From the NCBI GenBank assembly GCA_048128005.1, contig JBEUKZ010000125.1:62001-126000 (forward strand): a stretch of DNA of 64,000 nt, in the 5' to 3' direction. The notes beneath the pieces were generated by a model. It did not search any database. It was not told the DNA's origin and saw only the letters and a list, made by a program, of their open reading frames with translations. Positions 1 to 13,603 of the stretch are shown one piece after another. This DNA is from Veleropilina oligotropha. Taxonomy: Eukaryota. The translations under genes were made by a program, and so were the position numbers. Position 1 is the first letter of the stretch, and every line of letters starts with the position of its first letter.

Positions 1-84
1 TGATGTAATAACATTATAGCTACTCACCTGGACAAAAGTACCAATAAAAATAAAGTCGACTTTTGATAATGATTTTGTTTACAG

Positions 85-359
85 ATGCTCAGATGATGCC
101 GAGCAAGAGGTCATCCGCCTGTGTTCGGACGAGAACAAGATCAAATACAAGGGTTCTGATCACTGCGGTCTGCTTCGCACGGCATTCTTTCCGTGCAATT
201 CCATTGTGGACATCGCTGAGTACTTCACCAACTGCTGGTACGATCTCTGCGGCTCTGGCGATGATGTTCGCTCCCTCTGCACCAATCTGGAGGCGTACGC
301 GGATGCGTGTGAACTCAGAGGCATTACTGTTCTCAACTGGATAGATGGGACCCCGTGCT
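85..359 (+). CDS. Exon 1 in window of VWD/C8/TIL mosaic protein (zonadhesin/FCGBP-like): C8 domain
   Basis: ttttgtttacag acceptor, T|gtaag donor; translates CSDDAEQEVIRLC...HCGLLRTAFFPCNSIVDIAEYFTNCWYDLCGSGDDVRSLCTNLEAYADACELRGITVLNWIDGTPC, a typical C8 cysteine pattern; phase 2 to 1. Confidence 0.93.
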
Positions 360-883
360 GTAAGCTATGCTATGTCAGTTGATCATATCCCTAGACAATA
401 ATCGGTGATTTACTATGCTTTGCGCGCTGTACAGAAAAGTTATAATCCCGTTTGCTTCAAATTTGATACGCTCATTAGTTATGAGATTACGACCGCAACC
501 GGTTTTGGTCGTTTTCTCATTCAAAATGGTCGATAAATAATAATAATAAAAATATTAATAATACACATATTAAGCTGATATAGCAATGAAAGAAATGTAA
601 CTTTCCGCCATATTTTGTCATTTTTGTATTGCAGATGAAGAACGAAATTTCCTGGTGGAGACATAATCTGATTTAATTCCCATGATAGTCCATATTCAAC
701 TGGGGAGATTAGGTGTCCTCTGGACATATATCAGATAAGCTGGTTTATGCGAAATGTTCCTGAACATGAAATATCAATATTTTATGATCATCAGATAAGG
801 AAAACTCTGTAGCATTAATGTTGTAATTGTTGAGATTTTTACACTTTTATAACCGAACATTAAAGTCATTTATTGCCAGTCAG

Positions 884-2169
884 TTTATTATCCCCCGCGG
901 CTTCCGAAGGAAAAAGCTGAAGGGGGATATAGGGATAGCCTCCATCCGGTCACACTTTTGGTTAAAGTTTTTGGATGAGGTATTACATGCATTTAATGGA
1001 TGAATAACTCTATCAACCCTTTTTAGATGGAAAGTAGACATGTTTAGCCTTTAGTTGGAACCAAAAACGAAAAGATTTTTTATTTAATTTGTTAAAAAAA
1101 AGCACTTTCAATATAGACATTTTCGGTTAAAGTTTTTTGTTAAAGTTTTTCTTTTGAGTGTATATCGATTGCTCAAGGAACATTTCGGCATATACAAGCT
1201 TTAGTAATGGTTATATATGGATGTGACCTGATACTCTGGCAATGGTTTACATTATAATTTTATATAAATAAATCATAAAATTGGTGTTTTGGGACATAGA
1301 AATTTATTGAAAAAATTTCGGTTAAAGTTTTTCAAAGAGTGCTTATGCAATGGTCATTGCACTTGTTTGCACACTTATGTTTTGTTGCTGGCTATATTGA
1401 TGTTAGTGATATTGAACAAAATTTAATATAAATAATTTGTGAAATTGATGTTTTTATATAAAAATTTTAGTTACATTTTTTAGGTTAAAGTTTTTCGATT
1501 ATTGCATATAGGTTTAATAAAGCACTTTTTTAATGCATATACTTTGCTGTTGGCCATATTGACACTACTTGCTATTCTGGAAGTGATATTTAATAAAATT
1601 TAAAATAAAATAAAATGTTTTTTGACATAGAAATTTAGTAAACATTTTCGGTTTAAGTTATTCAAATACCGCATATTGATTGATCAAGACATGTTGTTGC
1701 AAGCATATGCATTGGTGTATGCTGCATAGTTGTTACCTGCTATTGTTAGAGTTATATTGATTATAATTTAATTTAAATATTCTGTGAAATTTTATTTAAA
1801 GTTTCTGTTTTTTTCAGTGAGTGCATATGGGTTGACATTGTGATGCTACATGCTGCTCTGGCAGTGATGTTGCATTCAGTTTAACACAAAACTGTGTTAA
1901 ATTTGTGTATTTGGACATAGAAATTTGGATTAATTTAACACAAATAATGTGTTACATTTGCAAGTTTGGACAAAGTTATTCAATTAGGGCATGTGTGCTG
2001 CTCAAGATATATTTTATACTTGTATATGCTGGTTGATATATCTAGGGATTAAAGACCAATTTCAATCAAAAATCTCCATACCATCAAAACATTGTACTAG
2101 ATCTATTTCTTGCATATATTGACAAAAGGCTTTACTGCGGGGGATACCGCTATATCGATAGCACTTTTT
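884..2169 (+). mobile_element. Helentron/DINE-1-like non-autonomous element with degenerate internal repeats
   Basis: Subterminal IR tatcccccgc / gcgggggata, 3' hairpin gctatatcgatagc, T-rich flanks, recurring ggttaaagtttt and ggacatagaaattt units shared with 15281-16192 and 21479-23037. Confidence 0.7.
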
Positions 2170-2439
2170 ATCATTGTATTATGAACAATGGCCGAGTGGA
2201 CGATGCTTTTGTCCCTGTTTCGCCAACGCAGCTTGTGTGCGCTCTACAGTCAACATTTATAAATTACTATTTGCTTCAAATTTGATATCCATCCACATTA
2301 GTGATGATGATGTCATATGACCACCAACGATTTTGGTCATTTTCGTATTCAGGATGGCCACCTTGAGATGGGTACCCCTCGTCAAGTTGTGGGCGCGACG
2401 ATTCTGCAAGTTATTTCCACGATTAATGTTCCCTTTCAG

Positions 2440-2642
2440 CGCGAGGCTGCCCTGCAAACAGCAACTTCAAGACATCCACAACTGCTTGCCCCGCGTCGTG
2501 CATGGATCCCGAAGCAGACGACGACTGCACCCTGGACAACATTAGTGGATGCGAGTGCGACGACGGATTTATATTGAGCGGCAGTGAGTGCGTACCAGAC
2601 AATGAATGTGGCTGTGTCGATTCTATGAACGATTACAGAGCG
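2440..2642 (+). CDS. Exon 2: TIL domain
   Basis: ccctttcag acceptor, GCG|gtaag donor; SRGCPANSNFKTSTTACPASCMDPEADDDCTLDNISGCECDDGFILSGSECVPDNECGCVDSMNDYRA; phase 1 to 0. Confidence 0.93.
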
Positions 2643-3414
2643 GTAAGATTGCATTCTTTATATAGTCCTTTTACCTATATAATATTTGCCGATCAACTGT
2701 TGTATATTTTCAAATAAACACCCGCAATGTTTCAAACAGATATCACTAATTCGAGGTTACCATTGTCAAATGTTTGATTATTGACAAACATTAACTTTGC
2801 AACTGGACCGACAAGAGAAATATTCTGTAAACACATTAATTGTATATCATCATGGCTTGCCCAAGTTGAAAGATGAGGTCACTGTCAAATTTGAAGGTCA
2901 TTTTGTGACTTTTAGTTCTATCGCTTCGGAGATTGCATCTATATATATATATAAAGTTGTAATTCTGTTTGTTTGCATGCATGTGTTGGTTTGTCGTGTG
3001 TCGAGATCGGCGCCCGTTCGAATTCGATTTCACAGTTATATATATATATATAGAGAGATAGCGTGAGCTCATTGAGAGAGACTTGGGATGTATAGAGGGC
3101 AGGGGGGCAGGCAGGTGTGAGGGGGAATGGGGTGGGTAAAGTGCGGTGAGAAATGGGAGGATGAAAAGATGAGGGAGGGGGTAAAGTGGTGGGAATTTTA
3201 ATCAAATTTCATTCAAATGTATTCGCATTCAAGATGGCGGCCATTTTATTTAGATAGATTTCTGGTGCGCGCTCAATCTATCTACAGTGAAAAATTGTAG
3301 TCCGATTTCATTCAAATTTGGTATGCGCACTTGTTATGATAAAGACACAACGTGTAATGATATTTGTCATTTACGGATTCAAGATGGCTGCCTTGGCGGC
3401 CATTTTCTTCGTAA

Positions 3415-3637
3415 TTATGCCACCACCAATTTATTGGGGTGGCATTTAGATTTACTCTTGTCCGTCCCGTCCGTCCGTCCCGTCCCGTCCGTCCCGAAAC
3501 CAGTATTTGCGTGTAAGCAACTCCAATCTGCTATAACTTCTATTTGCCTTCATGGATTGACTTGATACGTTGTACACTGCCCCTATGGTCAAGGCTGCCA
3601 GTGGGGGCATTCGTGTCCGATGGACATATTTCTAGTT
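3415..3637 (+). mobile_element. Short DINE-1/HINE-like element, copy 1, nested in an older element (about 3230-3750)
   Basis: tgccaccaccaa...ggtggca 5' stem, (gtcc)n microsatellite, 3' hairpin tgtccgatggaca then ctagtt; near-identical to 40005-40232. Confidence 0.85.
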
Positions 3638-3869
3638 TCTTCTGCATGCTCTACAGTGACAAGTTATCCGATTTGATATACCTATCGATTTTTGCTACCC
3701 TGGAAGGGATACACCCCCTCGGCTTTCTGGGTCGAGGATTTGTTAGTTAGCCTTTAATTCATTGATATTTTCACTTCATAATGAATATTAAATCGTTGAC
3801 CGTAGCAGCGCAAATGTTTTATTTCGTTAATTTTATATGTTGATTGATATTTCCTTTTTCATGTTTTAG

Positions 3870-4044
3870 CAAGGCGATGTGTGGTACGACAACACCTGTG
3901 CCACAAAGTACACCTGTGGATCTGGTGGAGCCGTGGTGACGTCTACCGTCAATTGCCATAGCGATGCTGAATGCGGTGTCAGTAGGGGAGACTACTCCTG
4001 CCATTGCAATGCAGGATTTGAGGGTAATGGATTCACATGCACAG
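3870..4044 (+). CDS. Exon 3: TILa-like linker plus EGF-like domain
   Basis: atgttttag acceptor, G|gtaag donor; QGDVWYDNTCATKYTC...VNCHSDAECGVSRGDYSCHCNAGFEGNGFTCT; phase 0 to 1. Confidence 0.92.
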
Positions 4045-4529
4045 GTAAGTTTTTTGAGTTGCCACTTTCAAATCTGTATAGACGATTTCACTCCGAGTTC
4101 CCCCGAACACCCACGGAAATACACGGCTGTTCGCCGATATGCCGAACGTATCGACCAATCAGCGGCTGGCAGTCAAACAACATGGCGGCTCCCAGGTAGT
4201 TATGCCGTCAACTTTATGTGTCCTTAATATTGTCAATGCTGGTTTGAAGATACAATCAGAATCACCGGATCATTTTTAGGGGGTAAAAAGTTGCATACAC
4301 ACCGGAATTCCCGGGAAATTCTACTTACCCGCACGTGCCCCGATGTAAACAAGATGCAGACGATGTCGCGGCCGCCATTGTTTGACTACCAGGCCCAGCA
4401 GTCACATGACTTGGCGCCATGTGACTAAAATCCCGACCGGTTTCCGAATATTGCCGAATGTCTGGTGATCAGTCTGGGACCAAGACCCAATCGATTAAAT
4501 TTGGTGGCGATACAGATCTGGATGCGGAT

Positions 4530-5280
4530 TAACGGACCGGCAATCCTACCTGCGGAAAGTTCGCTCTCACGTTTCTGATCGACAACATCCAGATGGGCCA
4601 AAGCAGTTGGCAAATTCCTGATCTTAATAGATGGGTTATTACCTATGAATCTTACGGAAAACCCTTCACTGAAGCCTTGAATAAGAGGTATTCGAAGATC
4701 CTCGGAGTAACCACTGTGATTTCCCAGCTTCGTAAGGTGCACGCCGTCCGATAAAAAACAGGCAGAAGGCTTAGACACCACAAAATGTTGCAAACGCCAC
4801 AAGAAAACACTTGGTTCTTGCGCCAATACGTGAAATAAAAATGAATTGAACTGATCACGGCGAAGAGCGTATCTTTCAGAATCGAATACACGACGGCGCC
4901 GAACTCCCCACGGTGTAAATCGCCAAAACACTTTGTTCACCGCCACACATTTAACACCAAAGTGATCACGTAATGACAAGGCGAACTCAACCAACTGGTT
5001 AGCCAAAGTAATTGCTTGCACTACGCATGAACAAATATCATTACCGCCAATTTGCAAAATTACAATATCTGGAGAATGTTTTAACACAGCTCCCTGAATG
5101 CCCTCTTTGACCAATTCGCAAATCTTCATTCCTCCCACGCCATAATAAACGACATGGCAATCGCTCAAGTGCAAATTAACCAAAAATTCAGGCTCGCGAG
5201 GATCCCGAACCAGGTGGTGAAAATGTTTAACAAACGAATGTCCCAATATTAATACAGTCTTCCTTGATATGGTGATGGAC
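4530..5280 (-). mobile_element. Deleted DIRS/Ngaro-like retrotransposon remnant: SGNH esterase fused to an RT-ORF N-terminal fragment
   Basis: VLILGHSFV (block I), GVGG (II), IVILQIGGND (III), DGVH (V), followed in frame by LIQGFSEGF...NLPTALAHLDVVDQKRESELSAGRIAGP, which resembles the pre-RT region of tyrosine-recombinase retroelements; no ATG, an in-frame stop just upstream, no introns. Confidence 0.75.
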
Positions 5281-5784
5281 CGTTAGCAATTAACTTGCCC
5301 GCTCAGACGGGATAACATCCACAAATATGGCCTAATTTACGGAGACGACAACAAACTGAGGGCAGTAATTGATCGTCGTACTGGATTATATAGCAGCGCT
5401 GTGCGACCTCTGTTCACACGACCGTCTTCGTGGAAACGTAAATGATGCCTCGAATTAGCAAGGTTGGAGTTAAATGCAAAAAGATGAATATAAGAAGAAA
5501 TGAAATACGTTGAACATTCACAGTAGAAACGAACAAATTTAAATTATAACTATTAGAGACATAGAGATTGGTCTCGGCCAATCAATGATGCCACCGTCGC
5601 TGACGTTCAATCAAAACGGTGCAAGAGTTTGCATCTTACTGGCAATGCACAATACAATTCATGCGTAATGAATGCATACTAATTATGTCACTACCAACGC
5701 AAGGCTAGCCATGTGTAATGACTGCATATCTATACAAACTAATTATCACATCATAGTAACATACGAGATACAAAAATTTATATA

Positions 5785-5947
5785 TATATACATGTATATT
5801 AGATATATATAAATGTATGTATGTATGTATGTATGTATGTATGTATGTATGTATGTATGTATGTATGTATGTATGTATGTATGTATGTATGTATGTATGT
5901 ATGTATGTATGTATGTATGTATGTATGTATGCATGCATGCATGCATG

Positions 5948-5981
<34 letters not shown>

Positions 5982-6026
5982 TGTATGCATGCATGCATGC
6001 ATGCACATATACATATACATATACAT

Positions 6027-6110
<84 letters not shown>

Positions 6111-6182
6111 ATACATTATACATTATACATTATACATTATACATATACATATACATATACATATGCATATACATTATATATA
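5785..6182. repeat. Compound microsatellite (TATG)n/(CATG)n/(TACATA)n/(TACATTA)n
   Basis: Read directly from the sequence. Confidence 0.97.
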
Positions 6183-6378
6183 TCTTCATTATTATGGCTT
6201 CTATGGGGTCAACATTTGTTATGGTGACCATTTAAAAATAAAATTAAAAATTCGCAATAACGGGACCTCCCGCCCGCCAGATACGGGAGCATTGACAAGT
6301 CACTATTATTACATGTTACTATTAACCCTGCGAACAGTGACATTATTTGTATAATTAAATGTTTACATAACTTTGTAG

Positions 6379-6495
6379 ACATTGATGAGTGTCTCGGTTC
6401 TGACAAATGCCATCCTGGATCCTGCCAGAATTCCAACGGAGGATACACTTGCGCTTGTCCTGATGGGTATGCATTCTCCGAAGGACACTGCCGAG
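6379..6495 (+). CDS. Exon 4: calcium-binding EGF domain
   Basis: ctttgtag acceptor, G|gtaac donor; DIDECLGSDKCHPGSCQNSNGGYTCACPDGYAFSEGHCR; 117 nt, phase 1-1. Confidence 0.92.
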
Positions 6496-6526
6496 GTAAC
6501 GTTGATACTATAATATTACGTGGTTG

Positions 6527-7152
6527 TTTCCTTCACCCACGTAGTGGGGGAGAAGATATTGCAATTGGGTTGGTTGGTTTGTCTGTCTGTGTGTGTCTGT
6601 CTGCCCGCGAGAATATCTCAACAACCATTTATCTGATTTACTCAAATTTTATACATGAGGTAGGGCCCATCCTATGCTTGGTCCTCCTCAAAGATGATCC
6701 GAATCGGACAGAGGATCCGAATTTATGACTCAAGTTCTGGTTTGTGGATTGTCTGTCTGCGAGTATAATTATCTCAACAACAATAGATCCAATTTACTCA
6801 TTGTACACAAGATATGGTCCACCCTATGCCCGGTCCTCGTCAAAGATGATCTGAATCAGAAAGTGGATCTTGATTTTATGACACAATTTCCGGTTTGCGG
6901 ATTTTCAGATCTATTACAATGACCATTGGTCTGATTTACCCAATATTTGACACGAGATGGTATCTATCCTAGGCTCTATCCTCTTCAAAGACCATGGATT
7001 TTATGATGCAATTTCCGGTTTGAGAATTTTCGGCTAGAGCAGTAGAACGCTTGGCCGTACAAACTTCAAATTAGGCTCAAAATGATCTTCAACTATTTAG
7101 TTGCAGATATTTCTGGCTTCACCATTGTATTCCTTTCTACCGGAGCAGTATG

Positions 7153-7186
<34 letters not shown>

Positions 7187-7236
7187 TGTATGTATGTATG
7201 TATGTATGTATGCATGTATGTATGCATGTATGTATG

Positions 7237-7270
<34 letters not shown>

Positions 7271-7308
7271 TGTATGCATGTATGTATGTATGTATGTATG
7301 TATGTATG

Positions 7309-7342
<34 letters not shown>

Positions 7343-7776
7343 TGTATGCATGTATGTATGTATGTATGTATGTATATATGTATGTATGTATGTATGCATG
7401 TATGTATGCATGTATGCATGTATGTATGTATGTATGTATGTATATATGTTTGTATGTATGTATGTATGTATGTATGTATGTATGTATGTATGTATGTATG
7501 TATGTATGTATGTATGTATGTATGTATGTATGTATGTATGTATGTATGTATGTATGTATGTATGTATGTATGTATGTATGTATGTATGTATGTATGTATG
7601 TATGTATGTATGTATGTATGTATGTATGTATGTATGTATGTATGTATGTATGTATGTATATATGTATGTATGTATGTATGTATGCATGTATGCATGTATG
7701 TATGTATGTATGTATGTATGTATGTATGTATGTATGTATGTATGTATGTATGTATGTATGTATGCATGTATGCATG

Positions 7777-7810
<34 letters not shown>

Positions 7811-9148
7811 TGTATGTATGTATGTATGTATGTATGTATGTATGTATGTATGTATGTATGCATGCATGCATGCATGCATGCATGCATGCATGCATGCATG
7901 CATGCATGCATGCATGCATGCATGCATGCATGTATGTATGTATGTATGTATGTATGTATGTATGTATGTATGTATGTATGTATGTATGTATGTATGTATG
8001 TATGTATGTATGTATGTATGTATGTATGTATGTATGTATGTATGTATGTATGTATGTATGTATGTATGTATGTATGCATGCATGCATGCATGCATGCATG
8101 CATGCATGCATGCATGCATGCATGCATGCATGTATGTATGTCCATTCACAAAACTCGAAAACTATTGAATTGATTACTTAAAATCTTTACACAAGGTAGG
8201 TTTTCTCCCTGGTTCGGTCCTCATAGAAGATGGTCCGGATTGTGAGCCGGGTTCGGATTTTATGACGCAATATCCGGATTACAGCTTTTCGGCTGTAGCG
8301 TTAAAACGCTTCATCGTACAAACTTCAAAATAGGCTCAAAATTTTCTTTAGATCAGGGGTCAATGACAACATGAATTATACAGAATCTATCTCACACAAG
8401 ATGGCTGCCAGGGAGATTTAAAATTTAAAAAATTATGTAGATTCGTTATGTAAATCATAGCCATGATGAAATTATATTCATATCAGCAAAAATATTTAGA
8501 AAATAATGTGAAATGGGAACTTTATAAGCATTTTAGATATCAACCAACGCAAAATCTGTAACCACTGAAACAAGACACCTCTAATTTACCAAGTGACAGA
8601 GTGGGACATTATCTACAACTCTTATCGATATACTGTATGTGTTTGAGCTAATTTGTAGCAATAATTTTTGTTCCTATGTCAAAATAGTCTAGACGTTGCG
8701 ATATTTGTGATAGCTCTTTAAATACTGCTAATATAATTTACACCGTTAAGCAAGGTTACCGTAATCTATCTTTCTTGAAAATTTCAGGTATATCGCTTTA
8801 GTAACTATTGAGTTATTGCGAGTTAAGTATTGTCAACTTAGTCAAAATTTGCAAATACAAAAATGTAACACCAAATATAAATAGCCTAATTTAGCCGTAG
8901 TAATTCGACTGTCTGTATGGTGCAAACGGTTAAGGCATTGGACGTTTGATAAAAGGTCAGGTGTTCGATTCCCGTTACCTCCAAAATATTTTTTAGTTTT
9001 GTTATTCCTTATTTTTTTATAATTTGTGATTACATTTTATGATTGCAATTCATGTTTAGAAATATTGATCATAGACATTTCTGAGTTTCACCATCGTCTT
9101 CCTTGGCCCCGTGGCGAGGGTTTGCAATCTCCTCTGATTGCTATTGTT
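6527..9148 (+). mobile_element. HINE-like element with degenerate internal repeats, containing the 1 kb (TATG)n tract
   Basis: 5' (gtct)n slot, repeated ...cctcaaagatgatccgaatc...tttatgac units, 3' gcaatctcctctgattgc hairpin then tattgtt. Confidence 0.6.
7148..8140. repeat. About 1 kb (TATG)n microsatellite with (CATG)n blocks
   Basis: Read directly; explains the six spurious MYVC/HTYI ORFs. Confidence 0.98.
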
Positions 9149-9780
9149 ATATATTTATTACTTATGCCATACATGTTATCTTTTGGCTGCGTTTATTTAT
9201 TTATTATTATTTAAAATTATTGGCAGATTTTGGCGATATTTTGTAATCGAGTTGTTCTTTAACTTACACAACCAATTGATTAGAATTTAGTGGCTATCGC
9301 AATTGAAATCACTGCAGCCATGGCAGATGTCTGTGATCTCGGATTGCTCTCTAGTTATAATATTATCGATAACTTGGTGCATACTTGTATTTTTTACATA
9401 CTAATGGAAACAGTCATCAGTCAAACACGAGTGACATTATTAGCTATTTGCACGAGGATTTATCAAGTGCGATATCTTAAATAAAGGGCAACTGACAGCC
9501 CGAAAAAATGTCTTATATATATATAGTTTGTTAACTTCGCAATTAATTGCAGACTATCTACTATAAACAGGAGTTGGCTCGAAGCCTCGTTTGAACATTA
9601 TGTTCAGGTACAGTGACAGTTGTCCATAACTGGCCGGTAAGAGAGAGTTTTCGTGATCGACCTCTTGCTGTAATATGAAAATGTTCTGCAGAGTTCTCCA
9701 CGGGCGCTTATAAGGTGGTGCATTCGCCACCCTTTAAGTTTTCTCGCCAACCATTGATCCTCCTTACCTGCCACCTTTAA

Positions 9781-10187
9781 AGATACTGTTGCCGGTAAAT
9801 GCGCTCTTTTCTCTTTGAAAAGAAAACAAACCGCGTTACACTTTTTGTTTATAACATAAAAATTTAGGAATTTTCAACACTCAACTTTCGTCAGTTATTT
9901 GCTACCATTTAAATTAAGCGGTCCGCTTTTAATTATCTCGCACCGAGTGATATTTCCAATTGACCAAGTTGGAGCCACGTTGCGTATGTTTCTGCTTGAC
10001 AATTAAGATAGCTTTCTATTTGACAATAATATATATTGCCCAGTTACATTAGTAATTTCAACAAAAATCTATCATTTGATCATATATCTTTGCGAAATTT
10101 GTATCGATCTGCGCGAACCGTACAATAGTGGTTGATTAGTCATGCTACACAGTCCCGAAAAGACCGCATTTACGGGCAATAGTCTCT
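9781..10187. mobile_element. MITE with TTAA target duplication (Kolobok-like AG...CT termini), copy 1
   Basis: ttaa|agatactgttgccggtaaatgcg ... cgcatttacgggcaatagtctct|ttaa; second copy at 46061-46503. Confidence 0.8.
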
Positions 10188-10306
10188 TTAAAAGAATTTT
10201 TTTTTTTACATCCATTCACGTGCACGCTCACACGAACCCTCGGCGACATGAGAACTCCTGTATCGATCCCAAATAAACCTATTAAACTATGTATTTTTCA
10301 TTTTAG

Positions 10307-10429
10307 ACGTCAACGAATGTGACGATGATTCCAACGGTTGCCAGCAAACGTGTGATAACTCCGTGGGCGGCTACAGCTGTTCCTGTCGTCATGGATACGT
10401 CTTGACGAGCGACGAACAAACTTGTGAAT
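10307..10429 (+). CDS. Exon 5: calcium-binding EGF domain
   Basis: tttttcattttag acceptor, T|gtatg donor; DVNECDDDSNGCQQTCDNSVGGYSCSCRHGYVLTSDEQTCE; 123 nt, phase 1-1. Confidence 0.92.
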
Positions 10430-12020
10430 GTATGTTACGCCATCAGACTAGAGAGTCGATACTGTTTATTAATTAATAATCTCTCACTTTCGGGGGGACA
10501 TAGTGTTCAGGCTCGTGCATACATATGTTCATCTGTACCAGATTTTTTCAATGTTATTATTTCCATTTACAGAAATGCTAGCTTCCCGAATCTTTACATA
10601 TTGAATAACCAAATCATGAGATAGATCCATTCAAATTGTTGGGAAATTTTTTAGAACTTTTTGTTGATAACTTTGAAAGCAGTATGTGATTGATGTTTTC
10701 ACCACTAGTGATGTTTTGAAAGTCATGCCTGATAAATATAACACACATAATATGTTTCCTACCAAGGTTAGTCCAACAGAATAAGTGAAAACAGGATTTC
10801 AATGATGATTCTGCCTTGTAATTTAAGGACTTTCGATTTTTAAATATGAAAAACAATACTTTAAAAAACAATTTTGCTAACTTTTTGTAGCTGATGTCAC
10901 CTAATTATATCTTACTAACTAATGCAAACCATTCATTTAAATGTTTACTTTTTCTAATTTTGATTTCCAAGATGGCCACTGTTTCCATGGTTATCGGAAG
11001 CCACATGACGTAAAGAAAATATTCACTTGGTCTTATAGACTAACCCTAGTTTGAAACGTATGCTGGTGTGACCTTAAAAAGAATCACTATTTTAAGTGGA
11101 GTGTGATACCTTAATGTTTCCTGACAAATATCCTGTCTTTCTGAGACTTGACTAATCAACTAAACACATCATGGGGTAAATCAACTTTAAATATTGGAAA
11201 TATTTTTGATAACCTTTTTAGTAACTTTGAACTTTGCATCTGGAGGCATAGATGCGGCTAATAATATGAGCGGGGGACAATTGCCTGGTAGTGGAAATCT
11301 CTTTTTAATATTATGTTAACAAGTGATGACTACAGTAATTTGGTGAGATATGGTAGAATGTTGGATCACTAATAAGCCAGAGATGAAAGTTCGACCGGCC
11401 AGATTTGTCAAAAAAATGTTTCCCATACCGGTAAACGTTCTCTCTATTGCATCCATCTTTTCATTATTTCATAATGAAAGTTGATTGATCCGATTAAAAC
11501 TGAGAAATCTTTGGTCATATCAATAAACACCAATTCATCCATCCAACGTAGGAAAGAGTGAAGCTTTTAATTCAATCTCATTTACTTCACTGTGTTGAAA
11601 TTGTGGGTTTAAGCCTGCTTGAAAACATTTTTGATTTATCATTTATCATCCATAACAAACCGTGGATGGTGGATTTTATTGGATTATCTGAACTATCCGC
11701 AACCACGGAATATGAAGTAGGTAGGTAGATTTGTTTAACGACCACTTTTTTGACAATTTTTCATCCTTATTGCGGTCGGGACACCCGGTTTAAGGTCTCG
11801 CTCCGATCTGACCGACATACATTAGGGATATGCCATCTATTAGTTTTAAGCCTTAAAATAAGCCAGGCCGGAGCAGGCTTGAACCCACATCCTATCATCC
11901 CACTTAATGTTTTTCCGATACCCTAACCAGTTGGGCCATCGAGGACAGTTATCCAATTAATATGAAAGGTACCTGGTTATTTACTGTTTATAGTGTTGAA
12001 TGTCCTTATTATTTATTTAG

Positions 12021-12113
12021 TAAGATCGAATTGCGTCACCGATGCGCATGGGACTACCACTTGTAGCTGTGGAGAAGGACAGGTTCCATCAGCTGACGGC
12101 TCAAGATGCGTTG
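12021..12113 (+). CDS. Exon 6: truncated 4-Cys EGF-like module
   Basis: atttatttag acceptor, G|gtaag donor; LRSNCVTDAHGTTTCSCGEGQVPSADGSRCV; 93 nt, phase 1-1. Confidence 0.85.
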
Positions 12114-12675
12114 GTAAGCATCATATTTCATGCAGTCACTTTATTTTAGATATTGCATTTTATTCATTACCAGTAGTTTTCATGAAAAAACATCATCTGC
12201 TTGTATTTACAAGATGGCTGCCAAATCTTAGGCACTATTCTTTTTTATGTCACTATGGAAACACATGTGTCTGCCATTATGAAGTAGCATACCTAGAGAC
12301 TTAAACGACATTATAGCTATTTACATAAATAGGAAATGTCACTAATATTTAATTAAAGAAGTGCATCTGGTAATAGTATAAGATTCACAAGGCGAAAATA
12401 GTCTTCCTCAGATCACTGGCATTCAAAGTTTCTTTTAACATGACGTCATGCAAATTGTGACATGACGAAATGTATTCACTAGTCGTATAGTTGTCAAATA
12501 ATACGAAGATATTTCAATCTCCATGACTAAAATTAAGATAATCTTTCTATTCCATTTTATAAGCAACTTGTTATCATATGGTATATGAAAAAAATGTTAT
12601 CGCCAATTATGTGAATCTGCCAAAAAGACTCCGAACTCACTCACGGTTCTCGACGAGCCAGAATCCATATAATAC

Positions 12676-13603
12676 TTATATCAGCATTATATTACTCTCC
12701 ACTCATCCTAATATCAGCATTATATTACTCTCCACTCATCCTTATATCAGCATTATATTACTCTCCACTCATCCTTATATCAGCATTATATTACTCTCCA
12801 CTCGTCCTTATATCAGCATTATATTACTCTCCACTCGTCCTTATATCAGCATTATATTACTCTCCACTCGTCCTTATATCAGCATTATATTACTCTCCAC
12901 TCATCCTTATATCAGCATTATATTACTCTCCACTCATCCTTATATCAGCATTATATTACTCTCCACTCATCCTTATATCAGCATTATATTACTCTCCACT
13001 CATCCTAATATCAGCATTATATTACTCTCCACTCATCCTTATATCAGCATTATATTACTCTCCACTCATCCTTATATCAGCATTATATTACTCTCCACTC
13101 ATCCTTATATCAGCATTATATTACTCTCCACTCATCCTAATATCAGCATTATATTACTCTCCACTCATCCTTATATCAGCATTATATTACTCTCCACTCA
13201 TCCTTATATCAGCATTATATTACTCTCCACTCATCCTTATATCAGCATTATATTACTCTCCACTCATCCTTATATCAGCATTATATTACTCTCCACTCAT
13301 CCTTATATCAGCATTATATTACTCTCCACTCATCCTTATATCAGCATTATATTACTCTCCACTCATCCTTATATCAGCATTATATTACTCTCCACTCATC
13401 CTTATATCAGCATTATATTACTCTCCACTCATCCTTATATCAGCATTATATTACTCTCCACTCATCCTTATATCAGCATTATATTACTCTCCACTCATCC
13501 TTATATCAGCATTATATTACTCTCCACTCATCCTTATATCAGCATTATATTACTCTCCACTCATCCTTATATCAGCAGTATATTACTCTCCACTCATCCT
13601 TAT
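12676..13603. repeat. 33-bp minisatellite, about 28 near-perfect copies
   Basis: Unit ttatatcagcattatattactctccactcatcc; produces the spurious YISIILLSTHP ORF. Confidence 0.98.

Noticed and set aside
7082..8181. Six 330-360 aa ORFs (MYVC/HTYI repeats), and similar ones at 5705-6354
   Set aside because: Translations of a (TATG)n microsatellite, which has no stops in any frame
8915..8985. tRNA-like sequence (ggttaaggca...gttcgattcc); similar motifs at 11870-11945 and 33140-33255
   Set aside because: No complete cloverleaf; these look like decayed tRNA-derived SINE heads
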